Origin: Plasmodiophora brassicae
Lineage: Eukaryota
NCBI GenBank assembly: GCA_036867785.1
Contig: CP145420.1
Coordinates: 372,001 to 436,000, forward strand
Direction of reading: 5' to 3'
DNA: 64,000 bases
Shown here piece after piece: positions 39,601 through 51,300 of this stretch. Within the stretch, counting starts at the first letter, position 1; the number at the start of each line of letters is the position of its first letter. The position numbers were made by a program, and so were the translations under genes. The notes under the pieces are model-generated. The model did no database searches. It saw nothing but the letters and a program-made list of their open reading frames with translations, and had not been told where the DNA came from.

Positions 39601-42257
39601 TTACCGCGGCACGACCATGCCAGAGCGTTTGCTGCGTTTCTGAGGGAACCCCAGGTCATATTCGGAGGTCAGAGAACGATAGTGACGCGCTTACCTTGTG
39701 AGCGTGGCGAAGGAGGTTCTTTCGGGCATTGTAGTAGGACAAGGAATCCGGGTCGGTGCTCAGAATGCGTTCGGTCTCAATCTTCTCGAACTGTTCGCCG
39801 TCGTCGAGAACATCGACGCTGTCGACGCCGCGACGTTGCACCTCGCACCACTGTAGGAACTGGTTCGCCAGACGCTGCTTGACCTGGTGTACGTTCTCCT
39901 TCAGCAGCGCGGCCTGGTTCCGCAGCGCGCTCCATCGGTCGTACGATTTGCCATAGTCGACCTTGCGCTGCTTCAGGTCGCGAATCAAAGCGTACTCCTC
40001 TTCGTCGATGATCTCCGTGCTGTCGGGGATGCCCGCGATCCGGTTCGCCGCTTGACGGTTCGCTCGCATCATCGCCAGCGTGTCTGATAGCGCGTCGATT
40101 GCACGCTTCGCGTCGTTGACTTCAGCCCCAGCTGCCTTGATTTGCTGGCGAATATCGTGGCTCTTCTGGACCAGCTCGACGTACTCGTTGTTGCACGTGG
40201 CACCATCGCCCGCCTTCCACTCCTGGAGCAGTCTCTCGTCGTCGATCGCGACTTGAACGCCAGCCGAGATCGGGACGGGATCTGCAGGTGCTGGCGTTTG
40301 CAAGAACGACTGACGATCAGGCGACGACGCCCGAGACAGCACCGCTTCGGCATCGTCCTCGATGTTGGGACGGGAATCCGCAGGCGCGACACCTCCAACG
40401 CTGAATCCAGTCGTTTCGACCAGGTCGCCAACGGGACCCGTTGCAGGGTTCGGAGCTGGTGTGGAGCCCGACGGCGGCGTCGCAGCACCCTTGGTAACGC
40501 CAGGAGGCGGTGTCGTGCCCGTCTTCGTAGACGTTACGGAGGCGGGCGGCTGCTGCTGCTTCGTGGCGGCAGCAGCATCGGGGGTGACGCTTGCCTGAGG
40601 CGTAGACGCGACGACAGGTGCCGCTCCGCGAGCCAGGGCGTTGTACGCGATCCTGAACTGACGGAACAGCTCGTGGACCTGCTGTAGGTTGACGACGTCG
40701 AAGCGCGGGATCTCGTTCGCAAGGTACAGGTCGACCTGGTGCCGAAGTTCAGCCTGCTGCTCGGGCGTAAATTCGTCGTACGACACCGGGCCGCGATTCG
40801 CGATCATGTCATGCTGGGGGGGATGGAGACTTAGGCGGGCATACTCGGAATACAACGATACGACCGACCATTGCCAGTTCTTGTTTGAGAAGCGCAATCT
40901 GCGATTCGTACTTCTTTAGAAGCAGCGTCGGGTCCAGGTCGATATTGATAGCGGCGTCGTTCGTTAAGCGCATCTACAGACGCCGATGGTCAATGCCCCA
41001 GATCAGACGGCGCGCAACGGCTGTCGTACCATTCGCGTGGCAAACTTCAGCGTCGAGATGGTCTCCTCGAGATGCCGCGACTCGGGCCATATGTTGGCGA
41101 TCATTCGCGTGATGCTGTTCCCGCCGAGCGAGTCACGCAGGACATGCGTCAGCTTCGACGAGCGGAACGGAATGTGGTCGCGATGCTTTGTGCTCAGGGC
41201 GATGACAACCTGTTCCAGGAACGACAGGGATCGGTTGATATACAGCGCTTCCTGTTAAAAGAGGTAAGCACCAGGCAAACGAAGTAGACCTAGGAGATGG
41301 TACCTGGAGGGTCTGTCCTCTGGAATCAGTCTTGGCGACACGTTCGCTGCCAGCAAGGTCTACAAGATGCAGCTTCGAGACGATGACCTTCTCAGACGAT
41401 TCGACACGCGATCGCGATTCAAGGTGCATTGTGAAGATCGTGTGCGACCGGGACGAGGCGGTGTTGTGCATGTGCTCAGCCATCGCGCGGTTCGACTCTC
41501 CTTCGAACAGCATGTTCAGGGCCTCCTCCTCGTTGCTGACGTAAGCGAGATGCAATCCCTTGACTGAAACGTTCCCGTTGCCATCTTCCCGTATGGAGAG
41601 ATCGCGGGTCGACGTTGACAACAGGTCACGAAGCGTTTCGTTATATATCTCCAGGTACGAAACCCTGACGTTGATCTCGGTTTCTAGCAACCGTCACGTC
41701 AATTAAACGAGGATAGGGAAATCAAACGCGCTGCATGCCTGGTTTGGATGCAATCGCCCTGAACAGAAGGGTGATGGCACGAGGGGATATGCCTCGATAC
41801 TTGTAGTCGTATGTACCGTTCCCTGAAATTGCAGGAAGATACGTCAGCACGGCACGTAGGAACGGCTCGTTCAGCAACGCCGACCCATCGTGAAAGACTT
41901 GCCGGCTCCCGTTTGGCCATACGCCATGAGCGTGCCATTGTAACCCGCAAGGGTTGACATCACCTTGGGGTGGACAATATCCTTAGTGTCCACAGGGAGG
42001 CACCGGTCACGACACATCCTTACCATGTCACGACCGCAGGCCTCAAACATGTCTTCTTGGCTGGCGTTAGGCATGACGCGGTTGACCCGGAAAGTCCAGT
42101 CTTGCTGAAGGTTGTTCAGCCCGGCAGCGGCGCCGCCCGAGTTTCGGTCCATGTGAATCGACACCGTCCCGGCTTGCGTGTCGAGCTTTATGGCATCGTG
42201 TGCGAAATCGGCCGTTGGCCGTGACCGCACAACGACCTGGATGGCGCTCTTCACCAT
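39601..42257 (-). CDS. KIF9: Kinesin-9 (KIF9/KLP1-like flagellar kinesin)
   Basis: VVVRSRPTADFAH, NN.QQDWTF, YGQTGAGKSFT, SSRSH, LVDLAGSER, HIPFRSSKLT, KIF9-type tail (IIDEEEYALI, DPDSLSYYNA). Confidence 0.9.
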
Positions 42258-42397
42258 CGTGCGGCCGATAGACACCTATTAGGGTCAATCCGTCATCCAA
42301 CGGTACTGACGCGATCGCCGTGTATCGTGGGCAGAGCGCGGGGCACTAATGGGGGTGACCGAGGGCAGTCTCTGTGTATAACGAGAGCGCCGTCAAA

Positions 42398-43479
42398 TCA
42401 GATATCGTCCAACGACAGCTGGAACACACAACGCATCAGGCAAATGCATTGAAACGTTCGAAAACGCTTACTACGAACCATTCGGGTGCGGTACGTAATC
42501 GCAGTGGATGACTCCAATGCCATTGCCCTAATATGGACGGGGAAGATCTCCTTCGATCTCCCATGACGCACCCTGTCCTCGCCGAGTTCGGGATCCTTAG
42601 AGAGCAGGAGATCGAAGTAGGTCAATCTGGACCGGTCGACGCCGTTTTCGACCAGATCGACAACGGCAGGTGCTGTATGCGTCCCCAGTGCGGACAGGTT
42701 GCCGCCGCCTTGCTCGTCGAGAGGATCACTTGCCAACTGGCACAACTTGATGCTGCTGTGTTTGACGACGTTGGCCCCATTCCACAGCCAGTCAGGCACC
42801 TCGCCTGTAGCCGTCACGTGAGAATCCACAGCGAATCTCAAGACAACTCATTAATGGCATGCCGTACGCGGAACAACGACTTCGCCATCGAAATCGTCAA
42901 GAAATTGCACCTCTTCAACACTCATTTCTCTACCGAAGGTGAACCTGAGCCATATGCATCTGATCACCACCGAGCCCGCACACTCGTCACCGTTCCCTGT
43001 GTACCTGCAGAACTCGTTGATGATAGACGAGCGAACCCAGTTCTGCAATTTGCGAAGGCAGGCGAACACAACACCCGTCACGTTAACGCCATCAAGGCAG
43101 TGAACGTAGCAGGGCAGGGTCGACGGATCTGGATCATCCTCATTCGGTGTCACGTCCAACGCGTCGACGTGTACGTCACTGCCTAACCGATAATGATCTG
43201 CAGGATCTTGATCACCTGCTCCTTGGTGATCGATACGCTTTCCGTGTACTTGGGCACACAGAAGTGGTGCGATGCGATGTCGTGCTCTCTGCAGAAATCG
43301 AGGACGTCGCATGTCGGGCGCTCCGGCACCAGCGACACGATCGTGCGCAGCCGCTTCATCGCCAGGAACCGCATGTTCAGCAACGTCGGATACGCGCCAC
43401 GCGACAGGCCCTGCTCGCAGATCGCGAAGCGGAACGGCGGGATCAGCGCCGATGACGGCTGCGCATCCGGTAGGTACAT
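42398..43479 (-). CDS. SIW14/OCA-family tyrosine-phosphatase-like protein (OCA6-like)
   Basis: LIPPFRFA..GLSRGAYP..NMRFL..LRTIVSLVPE; P.YVHCLDGVNVTG..ACLRKLQNW...IINEF. 3' end approximate. Confidence 0.8.
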
Positions 43480-43864
43480 CACCACCGCTTCACGGCGTTA
43501 TGACGCCCAGCATGCCCAACACGGCCCAATGCGTCCACACAGCAAGTCCAGTCGCCCTGCACGCGCAACGCTTCGTTGCGGCACCGTTGAGGCCACAGCG
43601 ATGAGTCTCCGGAACAGGAAGAGCCCCTGAGGAGCAAGCCACTGGAAATGGTCCTCGGATGTCTCCCGTTTCGCGGATTGCCGGTGGACAGTTCCGGTCC
43701 AGAGTCTGCGATTCTCCAACCGTTGGCGTCAGCAGGCCAGCAGACGGTCGTCGACTGTGTGGGTATCGTGCAGAATCCGACGGCCTCTGTTGCATGCGGC
43801 AGCGGCGAAACAAACTCTAGGAGAATATGAGTGTGTGATGAGGATGTTGGAACAGGTCGAAAGA

Positions 43865-44515
43865 TCACTTCAAAGGCCATCTCGGCAATGGCCGCGTAGG
43901 AGGTGAAAGTTGCAGTTACCGGACATCGTCTTCTCGTGAAGGCATAACGTCACCAGGAAATCGCGCAAACGTCATACAGGAACCCTCTCCTATCGTGCGC
44001 CCCAAATAATGGTGAAATGTAGGTGCTGGCATAGGTCGAGCTTGGCGCTACGACGTTTATGCTAATATCACGCTTCACCCTCGACAACGCCGACATCGAG
44101 GTTTCGTGTGAAGTGGCGAAGTTCAGCTGCGTCTTTAGGCTGCCGTATAGCTGTAACAGTCTCACGATTCTTGGGAAGTTGAAATCTATTGGTTGCCGGG
44201 TCGCGGACGGCGTGAATCTCTTCAGGTGTCAGCTGTCGGATTCGAGCAACTTTCCCACGTGCTGATATTAGCATAAGTGTCGTAGCGCCAAGCGCGATCA
44301 GTGCCATCACCTTTGGGCGCCCGATAAAACAGTATTCCTGTACGACCTTTCCGCGATTTCCTGGTGACGTTATGCCTTCACGAAGAGACGATGTCCGGTA
44401 TTTGGATCCGTCTCGTACGTGCACTATACTCTAGAACATCCGGCAGGCAACTGGGCAGCGAACACGGCAACTTCCACCTCCTGCGCGGCCATTGCCGAGA
44501 TGGCCTTTGGAGTGA
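43865..44515 (+). ncRNA. Long imperfect inverted repeat; candidate hairpin RNA
   Basis: Three ungapped helices: 43865-43913/44467-44515, 43917-43982/44335-44400 and 44021-44070/44263-44312. The repeat is directly visible; transcription and strand are inferred. Confidence 0.6.
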
Positions 44516-44839
44516 ATCCTTGGATCGAGTCGGATCCAGAAACGGTCCCGACCAAGCCAAGTTGGCGTCGACCTGCTCGGGCTGCCAATGAAAGGTCTGA
44601 CTGGGAAGTGCGAGCCAGACCGTGACTCATCCCGGTATCAATATGTATAAACCGTGGTGTGACGGGTGCGACAGGTCCAGCGATAGATCGTACAATAGAA
44701 GCGCCATCGGCACACTGACCGGGGATGCCTATTGGCAGGCAGCAGTCGCAGGCGTGCCCTCATCTATCGTCACCCATCCGCACTATTCCTTTCGAGACGA
44801 ATACACATCGCACATGTATTAGATGGGTGTTGCAAGGAT

Positions 44840-45203
44840 TCAGCAGCCGCGCATGACGGACCTGCGATTGGGGACAACAGTCAGGTTCACAGCAGAGGCT
44901 GTGCTCAAGGACGGTGTACCCCGCCGCCAGGAACGTGCCGAACATGAGACCGGATTGCGCGCAGGTCTTCGCCATCGTCTGCAGACGTTTGCCCTTGTTG
45001 CCAGGACCCATGACGGACAGCCCGCCGAACAGAATCCCGATGGTCACGCCCAGCGCGGCTCCTACAGCACACGTAGAGCGTCAGACGCCGGACGCGGACG
45101 ACGCTCCGGGCCGGGTCCTACCCAGGCCAAACCCATGCAAGGCTGTCATGGCGACCCGCCTGGCACGGGGTGACTCGGCGTGCGGAGGCTCCGAATACGC
45201 CAT
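44840..45203 (-). CDS. ROMO1: Reactive oxygen species modulator 1 / Mgr2-like mitochondrial inner-membrane protein
   Basis: GFGLG|AALGVTIGILFGG..SGLMFGTFLAAG|SVMRGC*; two introns. Confidence 0.85.
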
Positions 45204-45392
45204 CGAATCGTTCGTGTTGTCGCTCTCACGAATATACGCAGTCCGTGCAGCACAGTGAGCAGACGGTGCAGCTCCTGTGCGGATCATCCCGTGCCGTCCC
45301 GTCATTTGTGAGGGCTGCCCCTGATGCCAACTGCCCTATTACCTATTCCAGCCCGTTGCAACGCGCGAAGCGACGGCATGGGTATCTACAAT

Positions 45393-46482
45393 TCATTTGC
45401 GGTACATGGGGCGCAGGAACAGGCGCAGCGCAGGGGATTTGTCGGCGACGCGTTTGGGGAAGATCAGGCCGTTGCGTTTCGAGTATTTCGCCAGGGCCGT
45501 CGCCGACTCGTGCGTGATGAATCGGTTCTCGAGCAGATCGTAGATGTTGACGTGCACGGACTGGAGCCGCTGCAACGCTTCCGTCGTCGACGTCGCCGTG
45601 CCCAAGTTCAGAGCGAGCAGCCAGGAGTTCAATACCACCGGGTCGTTCACGACGATCAGTGCTCGACGGTTGGCATCGGTCTTCCAGCTGCTGCGACGCT
45701 TGGGTTCCTGTACCGGTGCCTGCGTTGCTTGCACCTGCCGCATCTGTCGCCTGTACTGACGGGTCTTGCGCCTCCAGAACGCCCAGACCCGATTCCGGTG
45801 CTCAGCCATGAGCGCGTCGTACGACACGCCCGGCCTGGCGTTATGGAGGCTGAGTTTCAACGCCGCACGATGATTGCGCTTGTCGTTCATGTAGATCGAC
45901 AGCAACCGGTTGTGCTCCCTGATCTGCTCCTGCGTCATACTTTTGGTCGGAACCGGATGCCAGCCGGCAGACGGGTGAAACGCAGCCGCTTGGGCAGACA
46001 GCCTCGACGTGGCTGCCGCTCTCAGAACGCGCTGCTCTTCAGCACGACGTTCCTCGTCAATCTGAAGACGAGCAAGGCTCGGCGACGGTAGCCCCGCCTT
46101 CTGCTGTTCCGCATCGCCAGAAAGCTTCAGGTTCTTCTGTGGAGATTTCTGCTGATGCTGTTGGACGGCTTTAGGCGCGACGGATTTGAACAGGACCACC
46201 TTCGAGACGTCATCATGAGTGGCCCACAGAATAAAGGGCAGGGTCCTCACCTCGAGGTCATCGTCGGATTTGTGAGGGTCGTTCCATGTAGGGGGCGCTT
46301 TCGCTGCCCTACCAGCAGAAACGGGCATCTTGGGAAACTGTGACGTCAGTCAGACACGTTCACGTGCGTCGTGCAACGCTGCGTACCCATTCAGGGGCGG
46401 CGCCGTTCAGCGCGACGCGAACCCGCGGCGCGATCTTGACCGGCGCGCTCTTGATCGCGTCGATGAATTTGTCCTTGTTCAT
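45393..46482 (-). CDS. Hypothetical protein with conserved-looking C-terminal domain
   Basis: ATG 46482, one intron into the 311-aa ORF; C-terminus LQSVHVNIYDLL..LAKYS...IFPK.VA...LFLR. Confidence 0.65.
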
Positions 46483-46787
46483 GGCTGTTCAGCTCTGTCC
46501 CAAACGGCCGCTGACAGGCGTTGTGACGAATGGACGGACGGTCACGCGCGCACGTGTTGACGTCAACGATTGTCGGGGGGTCGGCGGCCATTGTTGACTC
46601 ACTGCCCGGGATTCGCCTCCGGGCGACGTGATGAGCGCACGACTCCTCCTGCGCGCGATGCCACGTCCGCGGCCGCCAATCCGGCACAAGTCGGTCCCAC
46701 TGGATTCGTCGCGTGACGTGCCTGAAGAGCCGGATCCGGGCGGCCGGGACGACGTCAGTGCGCGCGGCGGAGTCGCTGGCATCGACG

Positions 46788-47813
46788 ATGGCGACCTCGT
46801 GCATGGTCTGCTGCGGGTCGCTGGCCAGGATGACGGTCCAGGAGCGTACCGCGCACGTCAACGACTGCCTGGACGGGAACAGGGCGGTCGACGCCTGCCC
46901 CGTCTGCGCCGTATCCATGGCGCACCTGACCGTCGCCGAGCGGAACGCCCACGGTCGCCGGCCTTCCTGCGCGCGCCTTGTCGATCGTTGGGATCTGATT
47001 CGGTGCTACGACAGTCGACGAGTGCTCAGATCGCAAGGACGACGACGATTTCGTGGACGACTCCGTCCTGAACGCGTTCGATTCCGTCGACGGGGCCATT
47101 GACGTTGGCCGACCGACGTTCCAGTGCTGGGTCTGCGCCAAGGTGTTCAACGCGCGCGCTCCCGTCAAGTCGCGGCTGCAACACCTGGTGGAGTGCACGA
47201 GGGTCCCCATGGAGGTGCTTCAGGAGATATTCGTCGGGGGCGGTGGTGACGATGACAACGACGAGGAAGACCGTGCCGAACGATGGGAACGGTGTCGCGG
47301 CACGGCGCCGGCCAGGATCGTGGCCAGCATTCGCCGGCAGCTTGCCGTCGTCGACCGGCAGCTGCTAAGCCTGAACCTGTGCAGGCAGAACCTGCAGGTC
47401 CAGCTCGACAGGGCAATGTCGATCGCGTCCCGTTTGCCGCAATGGGAGCGAAGCGCGGTCATGAGCGCCGCCGTGCCAGAACGCCCAGCAATTGTTGCTG
47501 AGGTGGTCGAAGGCAACGTCGGCACAGCTGTGACAGAACAGGCGGCCAGCGCACAGCGGAAGCCGGCCTTGAAGGAAAGCGTTCTTGGAAAGCGGTTCGC
47601 CAGGGTAGCGGACCTGCCGGGCCCGGAAGACATGCGACGATGTCTAGAGAGGGAGGATGACGATGAGGAGGAGGACGATTCCAATCAAGCGGCAGCCCCC
47701 GTTCGAGACGTAACACGAGGTGTCTGCTTTGCTGTGCGTTCTGCGCTCACCCAGTTATGTGTCGATAGGTGAATCCGTTTGTCGGGTGTTTCACCCAGGC
47801 CGATAGCGATTAA
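46788..47813 (+). CDS. Protein with three UBZ4-type zinc fingers (SLX4/SNM1A N-terminus-like)
   Basis: CMVC..RTAHVNDCLD, CPVC..RNAH|VDEC, CWVCAKVF..KSRLQHLVEC; introns 46954-47014 and 47710-47768. Confidence 0.7.
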
Positions 47814-47931
47814 GACATAATGTATATTCGATGACGTGTGTCAAGGATGATGATCGTCAGACAACGTCTGCAGGATAGCGTTTCGGGAGAGCGAACCGCG
47901 AGCGGCGGCCTCAGGGCGGACCCAGGACGCA

Positions 47932-48256
47932 TCAACGACTCCGATCGACTGCGATCTTCTGGCGCTTCTCGAGGATGTCAATCCAACGCTGAACGAGCAG
48001 CTGGCACAAACAAACAGTTAGTATCGGCCAGGCGCGCCGCGGGCCATGGGCCATTGGACCTCGGTGTTCACGGCCGTCGTTTCGAATGCCCCCAGTTGAC
48101 TGCTGAGGACCTGGAACGACTGTACCAACCCTGAGCAACGTTGTACACGTGCCACAGGTCGAGCCGTACCTCCCCAACTGAGCGAATGGCCTTGGCGCAC
48201 CGGTCGTACATTGCGATGCGGTCGGCCGCGTCCAGCGGTCCTTCGTCGGACGCCAT
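47932..48256 (-). CDS. 71-aa Dam1/DASH complex subunit candidate (Duo1-like)
   Basis: Exons 48256-48170, 48119-48060 and 48000-47932, both introns phase-0 GT-AG. Product: MASDEGPLDAADRIAMYDRCAKAIRSVGESFQVLSSQLGAFETTAVNTELLVQRWIDILEKRQKIAVDRSR. Confidence 0.6.
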
Positions 48257-48328
48257 TGCGCGGTCCCGGGCGCGCAATACAGAGTGGGTAACCATCAATG
48301 TGCTCATGGATGGATAACATCCAAGTCC

Positions 48329-51300
48329 CTAAGTCGGTGTATTACTGCCCGAGTAGTCCTGCGTCGATGGAGGAGTTGATGCTGGCTGGCTCAGCAGCGA
48401 CCGCAGATACATGGCTCGATCATCCGAGCGAACGGAGGGCGACTGAGAAACGCAGACAAAGCTGGAACGGAAGTTAGCCAACGTAGCGAACGGCGGATGA
48501 CAAAGGACACCTGTCGTTTTCAGTGCCGGATGAGCAGAGTTCATCGGAGCTGGCATCGGACGACTGCTCTGCTTCCAAGTCGACGAACCCTTTACCCCTC
48601 TTCTGGATGTACTCCCGTACGGAAGCAGTTGACATTGGCGATTGTTGTGATGGGCTCACGCTGATGGCCGCTCGCTTTTGAAGTCGCTGGCAGACGTGAG
48701 TAGAGAACCATGTAAGAGCGGACCTGATGACTTACTTGGTACGACGGCTTCACAGGTTTGCCAGGGACGGTCAAAGGCACACCGTTCGTAGGGCGTATTC
48801 TGCGACGACGCTTGACCGGTGTTGCCGATGATGGGGCGTCAACACCAGATGGGCTCTTCAGCTCTGGAGCAACCGGACCAGGGGGTGGGCTCCTCAGCTG
48901 GGAAACCGGATGGGGCACGAGAAATGGTGAGTTGACGCCGGAGATAGGCGAAGCCACCAGGCTGGCGCACGAGGGTCGGTCAGACGTTCGCCCATTAGGA
49001 GAGGAGACCGGTTCTGAAATAACTGATGGAAATAACTTCGAAGTTGGAGGTCTGCTGATATTTGCATCAACGAGCGCTGCAGGACTAAGGAGTGACGATA
49101 GGTTAGACTGTCCTTCGAGTGGAACGGGTGGAGCATCCCGATTGAGTGATGACAATGCCAGTGACGCGTTCTTGAGGTAGATGTCCCGGATCGACACGCG
49201 CCTTCTGGCTCTCGACGTGCCGAGTTGGGAACTGACATTGCCTCGCTGAGATGAAGGCATTTCTGGCACAGCACATGGTTGCACGGTAGCGTGCGGATGA
49301 TGTTCACTGGTCGTCTCCCGGATTTCGTAAGGAAGGCAGAAGCGCGGATACGTTAACGGGAAGCCAGGGAAACCGGTATCACAAGGAACGTGTGAGACAC
49401 CACGCAACCGAACTTTCTCGGGATGAACCGTCGGAGCAGCCGACCTGCTGCTCGCCAGCATCTCAACGACTTGAATTATACAGGATGATAGACGCTTGCG
49501 GTCGCCCCAATGCAACAGGCGAGAATCGGAACCGTGGCTCGAGGCGCTGACCTAACAAACCAGCAAGGTTCAGCGTCAGGTTTGTCAGTGCGGTTTTCAC
49601 GTACAGGGGCGCATACCTGTTGTCCACTGGAAACGGCAGTACCTAACCGGGGCCCACCTTGACCAGTACTAGAAGCCTGGCGCGACAAAACTGGAGCAGA
49701 GTTTGATGCTGCAGCGACACCTTGACCAGGTGCGGTGCCACGAAGAACAGGGCCGGTGCCCGTCAAAGGATCCAGTCCAATTTCGTCCAGCATTGCATGG
49801 AGCTCGTCATCGCTGCCCCGGACCGGTGAAACCGGTGTCGGAGATGTCACAAGCGCGAATGGTGACACTGGCGACTTGGGTGGCGCTGCCCTGCACGGTC
49901 GTCGCAGAGGACTGACAAACTCTGCTTGGCTGCTCATGGCGGCCTCGACACGAAGATCGACAATCTTTTTCATCACGCGTATCAGGATCATGGATGTCGA
50001 TGAACGAGTAGAAATACGAGCGGCAGATGGCAAAAGTAACTGTGAACATGGAGATGTGAATACGACCCTGAATGAACCCATCGAGCGCATACTTGTTCCG
50101 CTTGTGAAATGTACTTCAGCTGCGGCCGTTGGTCTGTAGGCAGGTAGCAGCAGAAATCGAACTCTCGTTTCTGAATGCCTGACAATGGGGAAAACTTGGA
50201 CGTTGGTGCCTAGGGTTAACGGTCTAATGATCAACCGGACTCTGAAGCGCATATTAGACATACTTTTGTTGCAGGCCTAGGATTAGGCGCCATGGCTTGA
50301 AGAGGACTGATGCGGCAAAGTTCGAACCGAATCTGCGGTACAATTCCTGGAGGATGGATAACACCTTCATCAAGCTTCACTAACTGGAACGATTTGGATG
50401 CAAGCATCTTGTTGATGGCATTCCTTTTGAACATAGCTGCAGCATGAGCTCGAGCTTCGTCACCCTCCATCACGAGAAAAACGCATCGACCGTCGCGCTA
50501 ACGTTTCAGGCCAGAATCGTCAGTAAGCGAGAACAGTCCGTTACCGCAGACTAACCTTGCGGCCGGTTCGACCCATTCGTTGGACAGTTCTCTTAATGGA
50601 TGCCGATGAATCGAACGAAACGACGAGGTCCACCTCACCGATGTCTAGCCCTTCTTCGGCAACGCATGTCGCCACAAGAACGTTGTTGTATCCGCGTCGG
50701 AAACATTCAAGTGTCTATCGAGCACCGCGTAAATACCAGGAATTGAAAGCTAAAGAATGGCAATTTGCGAACCTCTGTTTGTTCTTTAGAATTCATGCCT
50801 TTTCCAGAACCTATGGTGCCGTATCAGTAAAATCTTGTGACACAGATCATCACAGAGTGACCTCTGGAACTGTTCTGGCCGATAAATGGCACTGCCGATA
50901 TAACAGGTTGCAGACCGCTGTTGAGATGATCACATATCTCACGGACGCTGGCGGCGAGATCAGAAAAGGAAGGGGGACCCGCAAATAGTATGCCGACCTC
51001 GTCTTGTAATCAGTGAAGACGATAGCTTTGCTCGTACCAAACTGCATAAAGTGCTCTTGTAAAATGCGGCGTAACTCGTCGAATTTGGGATGAAAGCTGC
51101 TGTTCTTCGCGATTGTTTGCCTGCACCTAACGTTAGCACCACTACAAAGCCCAACGTTCGAGACCACGCGTTACTCGGCAAGTGCGACCATCATGGTGAA
51201 TTCTTCATAGTTGGCCACGGCTCTTCTGTTGCTGGACATTGCTTTGGGCCCGTGCACGAATTCCTCCTTCGCCTTGTCAAGAAATGCTGCAATCATGACT

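Noticed and set aside
44585-44850. GAAAGGTCTGA resembling RNase P CR-I, plus several short stems
   Set aside because: No matching CR-V at a suitable distance. No SRP, snRNA or telomerase-template motif was recognised in the region either.
49240-49307. RING-like [11 protein letters not shown] in an alternative frame inside FANCM
   Set aside because: That frame has an upstream stop and lacks the first and last Cys pairs; probably chance.
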